A stretch of 64,000 nucleotides of DNA from the NCBI GenBank assembly GCA_000092065.1, contig CP000584.1. One strand, written 5' to 3'. The notes under the pieces were generated by a model. It was given only the letters and a program-made list of their open reading frames with translations. It ran no database searches and was not told the DNA's origin. This document shows, in pieces, positions 29,594-36,713 of this stretch. How positions within the stretch are numbered: the first letter of the stretch is position 1; each line of letters begins with the position of its first letter. This stretch comes from Ostreococcus lucimarinus (Eukaryota). The translations under genes and the position numbers were made by a program.

Positions 29594-30316
29594 ATGCGCC
29601 CGTACGACGCCGACGCCGACGCCTGGGATGACACCGCGCTCGTCCGCGCGTACGACGACGCGATCGCGAGGCACGGCGCGCCGTCGAACGCGCCGACGGC
29701 GCGACGACGAGGCTCGAACGAGGACGAGCGCGCGAACGACGCGCCGACGCGCTCGGGCGACGCGCGGCGCGAGGCGACGCCGCGGTCGAGCGAACACACG
29801 CGCGCGCGGGCGTCGCCGGTGCCGCATTACTACGCCGAGACGTCGTACGGGGACGAGTACGAGTACGAGTACGGCCGTCGCGCGCCGCCGCCGCCGCCGC
29901 CGCCGAGACGAGGCCACGACCCGTACGACGCGTACGGTGGGTACTACGCCGCGCGAGATGAAGACTATGGGTACTTTGAGGATGAGTTTGCGGCGTTCTC
30001 GCCGTTTAGACGCGGAAGAGGACCGCCGCGAGGACCGCCGCGAGGACCGCCGCGAGGACCGCCGCCGTCGCCCGGCGAATACGGTGGGTATCCTCATCGC
30101 GCGCCGCCGATGACGCCGCGAGGGATTCGCGCGACGCCACCGCGCGCGCCTCCGGATATGACGGAGTCCGCGCTCGAGACGGCGCGGTCGTACGAAGACG
30201 ACGGGTACGACCCGGACGAGCTCGCGAATTTACTCTTGAGTTGGTACTACGCGGGGTACTACACGGGAAGTTTTTCCCGACAGCCCCCGCCGCAGCCGTC
30301 GTCGTATCCGGGATGA
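29594..30316 (+). CDS. SMN: Survival-motor-neuron (SMN)-like protein without Tudor domain: N-terminal Gemin2-binding-like helix, Pro/RGPP-rich middle, C-terminal YG-box
   Basis: ATG at 29594. N-terminus AWDDTALVRAYDDAI matches SMN exon-2a motif WDDTALIKAYDKAV. C-terminus DELANLLLSWYYAGYYTGSF matches the SMN YG-box (LxxLLxSWYxxGYxTGxY). Poly-Pro and PPRG x3 lie between them. Confidence 0.6.
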   Translation: MRPYDADADAWDDTALVRAYDDAIARHGAPSNAPTARRRGSNEDERANDAPTRSGDARREATPRSSEHTRARASPVPHYYAETSYGDEYEYEYGRRAPPPPPPPRRGHDPYDAYGGYYAARDEDYGYFEDEFAAFSPFRRGRGPPRGPPRGPPRGPPPSPGEYGGYPHRAPPMTPRGIRATPPRAPPDMTESALETARSYEDDGYDPDELANLLLSWYYAGYYTGSFSRQPPPQPSSYPG

Positions 30317-30407
30317 GGACGAAGTTCATCGTAGAAAGTTAATATAGATGTTGTTATACCGTTCGAACGCGCTAAGCGGCGTAGTACCACGGACAGGACG
30401 GGCGCGC

Positions 30408-30914
30408 CTAGTAGAGGTCGCGTTCCGTGTTCACGGAATTCTTCATCGACGCCGACGCTATTCTCGCCTTGTCTTCAAGCTTCTTCTGTTTCGCCCTCTC
30501 TCGTTTGCGCTCATTCTTCCTCTGCGATTTCGACTTCTCCGCCCCTCCGTCGCCGTTGTCTCCTCCGTTCCCCTCCGTCGCCGGCTTCGGTTTCGGAATC
30601 GTCTTCACCCCCTTCGCCGTCGGTTTCGCCACGCTCTCGACCGCGGCTTCCATCTCTTTCACCATCGCGTCGTCCACCTTGGACGGTTTCGCGATCGGCG
30701 TTCCCGGAGCGTCGCCTCCTTTCCCGCGTTTGCCGCCGCCGCCGGCTTTCGGGCTCAGGCTCACCTCTTGAAAATCGCTCGCCGCCGCGCCCTTCGCGCC
30801 CTTCGCCGCCGCCGCGCTCTCGGGCGCTTTCGCCTCGCTCGACGACTTGCCGGACGTCGCGTCCGCGTCGACCGTCGGCGCGTCCACGGCGGGTTTGGAG
30901 CTCAAACAACCCAT
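30408..30914 (-). CDS. Hypothetical Lys/Ala-rich basic protein (168 aa) with N-terminal MGCLSSK dual-acylation-like motif
   Basis: ATG at 30914..30912. MGCxxS is the classic myristoylation + palmitoylation context. The remainder is low-complexity K/A/G-rich with a C-terminal KNERKRERAKQKKLEDK basic helix. Confidence 0.4.
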   Translation of the reverse strand: MGCLSSKPAVDAPTVDADATSGKSSSEAKAPESAAAAKGAKGAAASDFQEVSLSPKAGGGGKRGKGGDAPGTPIAKPSKVDDAMVKEMEAAVESVAKPTAKGVKTIPKPKPATEGNGGDNGDGGAEKSKSQRKNERKRERAKQKKLEDKARIASASMKNSVNTERDLY

Positions 30915-31196
30915 CGCGAGGGTTCGTCGGGGACGCGATCGAACGGTCGACGCGCGCGCGAGTCCTCGCGGTGCGCGCTCGAGCGCGCGCGCGCGCGTCG
31001 CACGCGCGTTTTACGACGCGACTGACCGCTCGCGGGCGTCGCGCGACGTCGAGACGTCGCGGTGTGGGGCGCGAACGGCCGAATGTGAGCAGAGGGGAAA
31101 CAGCGCGCCGACGCGGCGAGACGCGAATCGACGACGAAGGGCGGCGTCGCGGGTCGTGATTACAATTCGACGCGTTTTCGGAGACGCCGTCGGGCG

Positions 31197-32669
31197 CTAA
31201 GAATCGGCGCCAAACGTCGGTCTCGCGGGCGTGGGCTGGGCGAATTCGGCAAAGGCGAGGCGCAAATTTTGCAGCTCGCGGAGCGTCGGACTGGCGCTCT
31301 GGTCGGCGCGCGACGACTTGGGCGGCGGCGTCGGGAACGGGGCGAGGCTGGCGCGCGCCGGTGGCGCGATTTCGGAAGTTTGCGTCGATGATTCGCGAGC
31401 GGTCGTTCGGGCGTGAATTTCACGCACGGCGAGCTCGGATTCGCGGCGGCGGAGCTCGCGGCGAGAGTGCTCGGCGACGCGAGCGCTCGCCTCGGCGTTC
31501 CGGCGCGCGTCGGCGCACAGCTCGGTGATGGTTTCGGTGGCTTCTTCCGCGGCGACGGCGCGACGCTCGGCCATGGTGGCGCGAGATTCGGCCTGAGCGA
31601 GGTGTAAGCGGTACACCTCCGCGGCTTCCTCGGCGATGGCGTACGCCTCCGAGGTTTCCTCCCGCGCTTCCGCGGCGGCGGAGACGGCGCGCTTGAGCGA
31701 AAACACCACCGCGTGCGTCAAAGCGCACATGCGCGCCATGAGCTCGCGCAGCGTCACCGCGTGCTCTTCATCGTCGACGAGTTCGACGGCTTCGAGCCAG
31801 CGCACGAGCTGCTCGAGCGTGGGATCGGGATCGCGCAAATCCGCCGCCGCCGCCGACCACGAACGTTTCGTCTCGACGTCGTCCTCATCCGTCGACATCG
31901 CCGCGTCGTCCACGGAGGCCAGCTCGCTCGCGCGCTCTAAGACCATCATCACTCGCTTCATGAGCTCGACGACGGTCGAATACGCTTCGCTCTGCGCCAC
32001 GCCCCACTCCACCGCGGCTCCGCGCGCGTCCGTCCCGAGCGACGCGTCGCCGTCGTCCGAAGCGGTATCCGACGTCGTCGGCGTCGCCGCACCGCGCGCG
32101 CGTTCGACGTCGACCTCGTCCGCGCCACCATCGCCGCCGCCGCCGCCGCCGCCGCCGCGCCCGCGCGCGTTCCCACCCTTTCGCTCTCGACGCAAAAAAC
32201 GCAGCAATTCGTCTCGCCGGCGTTCGACGTCGCCGCGCACGCGCGCCTCCACGAGCGCCACCTTCTTCGCGAACGACGCCGCGCTCGGCGATCGCCCCGG
32301 CGTAAGCGCGACGTCACCGTCTCCCGCGCCTCTCGCCCGCACCGCCTCTTCCGCGCGCTTCAGTCTCGCCTCGGCGTCCTCGAGCTCGCGCCGCATTTCG
32401 ACTTCGCGCGGCGTCGCCTCGTCCCTCGCCTCCATCGCCGCCTCCGACCGCGCCTTCGCCTCGAGCGCCGTCAGCGCCATCGCCGCCGCCTCCATCCGCA
32501 TCGTTTTCTCCGCCTTCGCCTCTCGCCGCGCCTCGTCTCGCTCGCGTCGCGCGCTCTCGACGTCCATCTTGGCTTGCGTCTGCACCGCCTCGAGCATCCC
32601 ATCGCGGCTTTCGAGCTCCTCTCGCAGCGCCCGCGCGCGCCGTTCGAGCGCGTCGACGCCCTCGCGCAT
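31197..32669 (-). CDS. Hypothetical coiled-coil protein (490 aa)
   Basis: ATG at 32669..32667. Long heptad-like E/R/A-rich helices (…LEAKARSEAAMEARDEATPREVEMRRELEDAEARLKRAEEAVRAR…) and a poly-Gly linker. No enzymatic motifs. Confidence 0.45.
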   Translation of the reverse strand: MREGVDALERRARALREELESRDGMLEAVQTQAKMDVESARRERDEARREAKAEKTMRMEAAAMALTALEAKARSEAAMEARDEATPREVEMRRELEDAEARLKRAEEAVRARGAGDGDVALTPGRSPSAASFAKKVALVEARVRGDVERRRDELLRFLRRERKGGNARGRGGGGGGGGDGGADEVDVERARGAATPTTSDTASDDGDASLGTDARGAAVEWGVAQSEAYSTVVELMKRVMMVLERASELASVDDAAMSTDEDDVETKRSWSAAAADLRDPDPTLEQLVRWLEAVELVDDEEHAVTLRELMARMCALTHAVVFSLKRAVSAAAEAREETSEAYAIAEEAAEVYRLHLAQAESRATMAERRAVAAEEATETITELCADARRNAEASARVAEHSRRELRRRESELAVREIHARTTARESSTQTSEIAPPARASLAPFPTPPPKSSRADQSASPTLRELQNLRLAFAEFAQPTPARPTFGADS

Positions 32670-32821
32670 CGCGCGCGCCTTTTCGCGTCCCGAAGCGCCG
32701 CGTCCGGCGCTCGCGCGTCGCGGTGCGCCGCGCTCGGCGCTTCGGGACGCGCGCGCGGGACGATTTTCGCCGACCGCGCGCGTCGTTCACCCGTTCGCCG
32801 CGGAGCGCGGCGCGCGCCGGG

Positions 32822-32935
32822 ATGGGCAAGCCCTGGCTCGAGGGGTTCAAGTTCGCGACGTACCTCGCGGTGCCGATCGCGCTCACGGTGACGTTCGCGT
32901 TCAATCCGGACAACCTGAACGGCATCATTCGAAAC
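32822..32935 (+). CDS. Candidate PET100-like small TM protein, exon 1 (MGKPWLEGFKFATYLAVPIALTVTFAFNPDNLNGIIRN)
   Basis: ATG at 32822 inside what otherwise looks like a divergent promoter. It resembles the PET100/small COX-assembly-factor N-terminus (MGxKLExFxxxxYLxFPVAxxxxxN). The reading frame degenerates into an R-rich tail right after …IRN|GTGCGT. Confidence 0.4.
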
Positions 32936-33042
32936 GTGCGTTTCGTTCGAGTCGGGCGCGACGCGACGCGCGCGACGCGCGACGCGCGCGCGCGGACGTC
33001 GACTGACGAAGCGCTCGACGTCGATCTCGGTTCGCGACGCAG
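32936..33042 (+). other. Inferred 107-nt intron of the PET100-like gene (GTGCGT…CGCAG) with GACTGACGAAG 35 nt upstream of the AG
   Basis: Same donor and branch motifs as the SmD1, ASF1 and Vti1 introns. Confidence 0.35.
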
Positions 33043-33150
33043 CGCGCGTACGTGGTGTACCCGCCGGAGGGCCCGAAGCCGCCGCAATCGAAGCGAGCGC
33101 TGGACGCGTACCTGACGCGACGCGCGGCGGAGCGAAGACGCGAACGATGA
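33043..33150 (+). CDS. PET100-like exon 2 (RAYVVYPPEGPKPPQSKRALDAYLTRRAAERRRER*); its stop TGA overlaps the DAGK ATG (cgATGAgc)
   Basis: Spliced product is 73 aa. YPPEG is comparable to the conserved WPPEK of PET100. Confidence 0.3.
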   Translation, partial: RAYVVYPPEGPKPPQSKRALDAYLTRRAAERRRER

Positions 33151-34475
33151 GCGTCGCGACGACGGCGCGCGTCGGATGGCGTCGCGAGGGCGCGCGGAGA
33201 GCGCCGTCGCGCGGGAGGCGACGCGTGCGCGCGGTGGCGAGGACGCGCGGGGACGAGCGCGGGGACGAAGGCGGCGCGACGAAGGTCTTCGTCTTCGTGA
33301 ATAAGAAATCGGGAGGACGGCGGGGGAGGGAGGTGCTGCGGCGGTTGAGGGAGACGCTGAAACCGCCGCACGTGGTGCTCGACGCGACGAAAGTGCGAGG
33401 GGCGATCGATCGGGGCGAGGTGGATTGGGACGCGGAGACGCGCGTGCTCGTCGCGGGCGGCGACGGTACGGTCGGAATGGTGGTGGACGCGCTTCGACGG
33501 CGGCGTCGCGAGCCGCCGCCGATCGCGATCGCGCCCTTGGGCACCGGTAACGACCTGGCGCGCGTGTTAGGTTGGTCCGGCGACGTGTGGGATGATTCGA
33601 GATTGTTTAGCGAGCGGCGCGTCGTGAGCACGCTTCGGCGCGCGAGACTGCAACGCGTCGATCGATGGTCGCTCGAAATCACTCGCCCGCGACGACGATC
33701 GACGACGAAGAAATTGTTTAGCAATTACATGGGCATCGGTGTCGACGCGCGCGCGGCGTTGGCGTTCGACAGCGCGCGTAAAGATCGTCGTTGGACGTGG
33801 CTGTTCGTCCACGCGCTGACCAACAAGCTCCTGTACGCCGTCTTCGGCGCGCGCGATTTCATAGAGCACTCGTTCGCCGGGTTGAAGCGCGACGTCGAAG
33901 TCACGGTAGATGGAAAAGTGATCGATTTCCCCGAAGACACCGAAGGGATCATCTTGCTCAACATTAATTCCTTTTCGGGCGGCGTACGGATGTGGGCGAC
34001 GAGCGACGAGTTTACGAAATCGCTCAAAGACGACGGCGTCTTGGAGATCGTCGCCGTGAGCGGGGCGCTGCACTTAGGACAGCTCAACGCGCGATTGGCC
34101 AAACCCGTGCAAGTGGCGCAAGGATGCGACGTCCGCATCGAGCTCAAGCGCGATTTGCCGGTGCAAATCGACGGCGAGCCGTGGCTTCAGCGCGGCGCGG
34201 CCACCTTGCGCGTCTCGCTCAACGATTCGTTCACCATGCTCAGGCGTCCGCGTCAAGATCGAATCAACGACTTGCTCGCGCGTTGGTCACGCTCGAACGG
34301 ATTCGCGAGCGAAGACGACGACGCGACGTCGGCGTCGAGCGACGAGCGCCGCGCGAGACGTCGCCGCGCGTTCGCGTTCGCGTTCGCGTTCGCGCTATGC
34401 CTCGCGCTCGCCGCGTTCGTGTTCCCGTGGCGTCATCGGCTCGCGCGCCTCTTCGCGCTGCGCCTCGGGTTGTAA
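33147..34475 (+). CDS. Diacylglycerol-kinase-like lipid kinase (DAGK catalytic + accessory domains) with C-terminal TM anchor
   Basis: ATG at 33147. KVFVFVNKKSGGRRG…VLVAGGDGTVGMVVDAL…IAIAPLGTGNDLARVLGW (DAGKc GGDG and GTGND motifs) then DAGKa-like region. C-terminal FAFAFAFALCLALAAFVFPW hydrophobic tail. Confidence 0.8.
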   Translation: MSVATTARVGWRREGARRAPSRGRRRVRAVARTRGDERGDEGGATKVFVFVNKKSGGRRGREVLRRLRETLKPPHVVLDATKVRGAIDRGEVDWDAETRVLVAGGDGTVGMVVDALRRRRREPPPIAIAPLGTGNDLARVLGWSGDVWDDSRLFSERRVVSTLRRARLQRVDRWSLEITRPRRRSTTKKLFSNYMGIGVDARAALAFDSARKDRRWTWLFVHALTNKLLYAVFGARDFIEHSFAGLKRDVEVTVDGKVIDFPEDTEGIILLNINSFSGGVRMWATSDEFTKSLKDDGVLEIVAVSGALHLGQLNARLAKPVQVAQGCDVRIELKRDLPVQIDGEPWLQRGAATLRVSLNDSFTMLRRPRQDRINDLLARWSRSNGFASEDDDATSASSDERRARRRRAFAFAFAFALCLALAAFVFPWRHRLARLFALRLGL

Positions 34476-34500
34476 ACGTAACAAAAAGAACACAAAAAGA

Positions 34501-34528
34501 ACAAAAAAAATAAAAAGAATGAAAAAGA
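34501..34528 (-). terminator. RNA polymerase III terminator T-runs (on the minus strand) immediately 3' of tRNA-Lys
   Basis: Plus strand acaaaaaaaataaaaagaatgaaaaaga gives minus-strand TCTTTTTCATTCTTTTTATTTTTTTTGT, i.e. T5, T5 and T8 runs directly after the tRNA 3' end. The surrounding 34476-34530 is the only strongly AT-rich island in the window. Confidence 0.45.
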
Positions 34529-34710
34529 TACCGCGTACGGGGCTCGAACCCGTGACCACACGCTGTCCTTGAACAGCTCTCGGGCGCTCGCGCGCCCTCG
34601 TCGTGTCGTTGTGCGTCGCGAGTGCGACCTCGCGCGTTTAGGCTTACGCCGTCGAAGACTGATTAGAGTCTCTTAAAAGGCGTGCGCTCTACCAACTGAG
34701 CTAACGAGGC
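34529..34710 (-). tRNA. tRNA-Lys (anticodon UUU) with a ~109-nt intron at the canonical 37/38 position
   Basis: Minus-strand read: GCCTCGT-TA-GCTC-AGTTGGTA-GAGC-G-CACGC-CTTTTA-[intron]-A-GCGTG-TGGTC-ACGGG-TTCGAGC-CCCGT-ACGCGGT-A. The D-arm (GCTCAGTTGGTAGAGC) and T-arm (GGGTTCGAGCCCC) are canonical. The acceptor stem has one U-C mismatch plus one G-U pair. The intron is unusually long. Confidence 0.55.
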
Positions 34711-34864
34711 ATAGATGGCCGAAAGGACCGTAATATACGACATCCACGATTTTTGTCCCCCCCCAACCGCGACGTCGCGCGTTCGTGCGTGTTACGGTTT
34801 CTTTGCGCGCGCCGACCGACCGGGCGCGACATCTCGCGCGGCCGACATCGTCGCGCGCCCGGCG

Positions 34865-35656
34865 ATGTCGACGTCGGATCTCTCCGACGTCGAGACCGCG
34901 CGCGAGGCGCGCGCGGAGTCCGGTCGCGCCGCGTGCGCGCGCGTGCTCGCGACGCAGCGCGACTACTACCGCGTCCTCGAACTCCCGCGCGCGGCGAGCG
35001 CGGCGGACGTGAAGAAGGCGTACCGAAACCTCGCGCGCGTGCTGCACCCGGACAAGTGCGATGACCCGCGCGCGACGGACGCGATGGCGATCGTCACCTC
35101 GGCGCACTCGACGCTGACGACGCCGGCGCTGAGGGCGGCGTACGACTTGTACGCGGCGCGCGTCGACGTCGGCGACGCGAACGCGGATTCCTTCGGCGAG
35201 TGGCAGAGCAAGGAAGGCGCGGCGGCGGTGCATCTGCCGCCGTGGTTGATCAAAGCGATGGCGACGCCGGTGTTGGCGCAACTCATCGGGTTCTTGGCGC
35301 TGGTGCTGTTGTTGGCCGCGGCGGCGTTGGCGTTGGCGTTGGCGTTGGCGTACTTCGTCGTGCACATGGCGTTTTGGTTCGCGTGCTGTTTCGGGTGCTG
35401 CGGCTCGTGCTGGCCGCGTTACGGCATGGGCGCGCGCGTTCACGCCAAGCGTCAGGCCCGTTTCACGGAGATGCTCAAGGATTACGAGCGCGCCGCGATG
35501 GAGGCGTCGGCGCGCGGCGACGAGGGACCCGCGCCGACGGTTTTCTTCGCGCAGTGGAACGTCGACCACCCGGAGCCGGATTGGGTCGAGCGCATTCGCG
35601 AGGAGGACCGCGCCGAGGCCGCCGCGCGCGCGTCGCCGGCGTACGGCGCGACGTGA
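34865..35656 (+). CDS. DnaJ (J-domain) membrane protein with TM helices and Cys-cluster (CCFGCCGSC)
   Basis: ATG at 34865 (MSTSDLSDVE; the track ORF start at 34715 overlaps the tRNA). J-domain DYYRVLELPRAASAADVKKAYRNLARVLHPDKCDDP (HPD motif). Hydrophobic stretch LAQLIGFLALVLLLAAAALALALALAYFVVHMAFWFACCFGCCGSCW. Confidence 0.7.
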   Translation: MSTSDLSDVETAREARAESGRAACARVLATQRDYYRVLELPRAASAADVKKAYRNLARVLHPDKCDDPRATDAMAIVTSAHSTLTTPALRAAYDLYAARVDVGDANADSFGEWQSKEGAAAVHLPPWLIKAMATPVLAQLIGFLALVLLLAAAALALALALAYFVVHMAFWFACCFGCCGSCWPRYGMGARVHAKRQARFTEMLKDYERAAMEASARGDEGPAPTVFFAQWNVDHPEPDWVERIREEDRAEAAARASPAYGAT

Positions 35657-35745
35657 CGACCGGCGCGCCTAGTTTGTTGTAATATCGTACCGCGCAACCT
35701 CTTCGCGCTCTTCGGCGGTCCAACCGCCGACCGCCACTCCGCGCC

Positions 35746-36690
35746 ATGGATCGCGCGGCGGTCGCCGCCGCCGACGACGCCGCGTCGACGTCGGACGACG
35801 CGTTCGCGTACGTCGCGCGCGCGCCGTTCGAGCCGCGGCGCTTCGCCGCGCTCCTGCGCGCGAACTTTGACGTCGCGCGCTTCGGCGACGGCGGCGACGA
35901 CGTCATCGCCGGCGCCGCGCGCGACGAGGGCGCGTTCGAGGGCGCGCGCGCGGCGTCGGGCGTGGTTTGGATCGCGTCCCGGCCGAACGTGCGCGGGATC
36001 TTTAGGATGGACGACGGGGACGACGGCGTCGTCGTCGTCGCGTGCGCGGGCGCGTGGCACGAGGACGGCCGCGGCGCGTGCGAGACGCCGGCGGAGGCGA
36101 GCGAACGCGTCTTCTTCGGCGATCGAAGGCAGCACGTAGTTTTTGAAGGCCGCGATCTCGACGCGATGAAAATTAAAGCGCGATTGGACGCGTGCTTGCT
36201 GACCGAAGCCGAGGACGCGGACGAGACGAATCGCGCGAACGAGTCGTACTGCGGTTCGACGTGGCCGACGGCGACGGAGGTGATGGCGAGCGCGGGCGTG
36301 GAGGCGGTCGAGCGCGGGGTGAAACACAAGGCGTTTTACCCGAGCGGTGGCGTCGACGGCGTCGTGGCGTCGACGGCGGCGATGTCGGTGTCGACGTCGC
36401 GCGAGCGCGGCGGCGACGCGTTCCGGGACGTGCGCGTTCCGGAGGCTTTCGCGCCGCCGCTCGCGGGGCAATCAGAAAAGACGTTTCCGGACGGGCAAGT
36501 CGGGTACTTTTTTGAGGACATGCCGTGTTTGGAGTGCGGGTCGCCGTGGTGGTTCGGTGAAGACTGGGACTCGCGTTGCGCCAACTGCGGCGCCGACGAT
36601 CGCACGTACGGCGGCGATCAACGTCCGATTCGGTCAAAGCGGCGGATTTACGACGAGTTTCGCGCGGCGTGGCGTCGACTCGCTGATTGA
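35746..36690 (+). CDS. Hypothetical protein with CobW-C-terminal-like domain and C-terminal zinc-ribbon (CLECG…CANCG)
   Basis: ATG at 35746. FAYVARAPFEPRRFAALLRANF…GVVWIASRPNVRGIF resembles the CobW/HypB C-terminal domain. C-terminal CxxC…CxxC. Weak assignment. Confidence 0.45.
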   Translation: MDRAAVAAADDAASTSDDAFAYVARAPFEPRRFAALLRANFDVARFGDGGDDVIAGAARDEGAFEGARAASGVVWIASRPNVRGIFRMDDGDDGVVVVACAGAWHEDGRGACETPAEASERVFFGDRRQHVVFEGRDLDAMKIKARLDACLLTEAEDADETNRANESYCGSTWPTATEVMASAGVEAVERGVKHKAFYPSGGVDGVVASTAAMSVSTSRERGGDAFRDVRVPEAFAPPLAGQSEKTFPDGQVGYFFEDMPCLECGSPWWFGEDWDSRCANCGADDRTYGGDQRPIRSKRRIYDEFRAAWRRLAD

Positions 36691-36713
36691 ATTGTATTGA
36701 ACATTTTTAGAAA

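Noticed and set aside
34529-34710. Possibility that the tRNA-Lys is a pseudogene or that the long intervening segment is an insertion
   Set aside because: Not fully rejected. The D-arm, anticodon arm, T-arm and Pol III terminator are intact, and the intron sits at the canonical position, so it is reported as a gene. The acceptor-stem mismatch and 109-nt intron keep confidence moderate.
34673-36471. Minus-strand ORFs 34673..35569 (298 aa) and 35475..36471 (329 aa)
   Set aside because: Antisense to the J-domain and CobW-C-like genes, which have clear domain motifs. Arg/His-rich composition.
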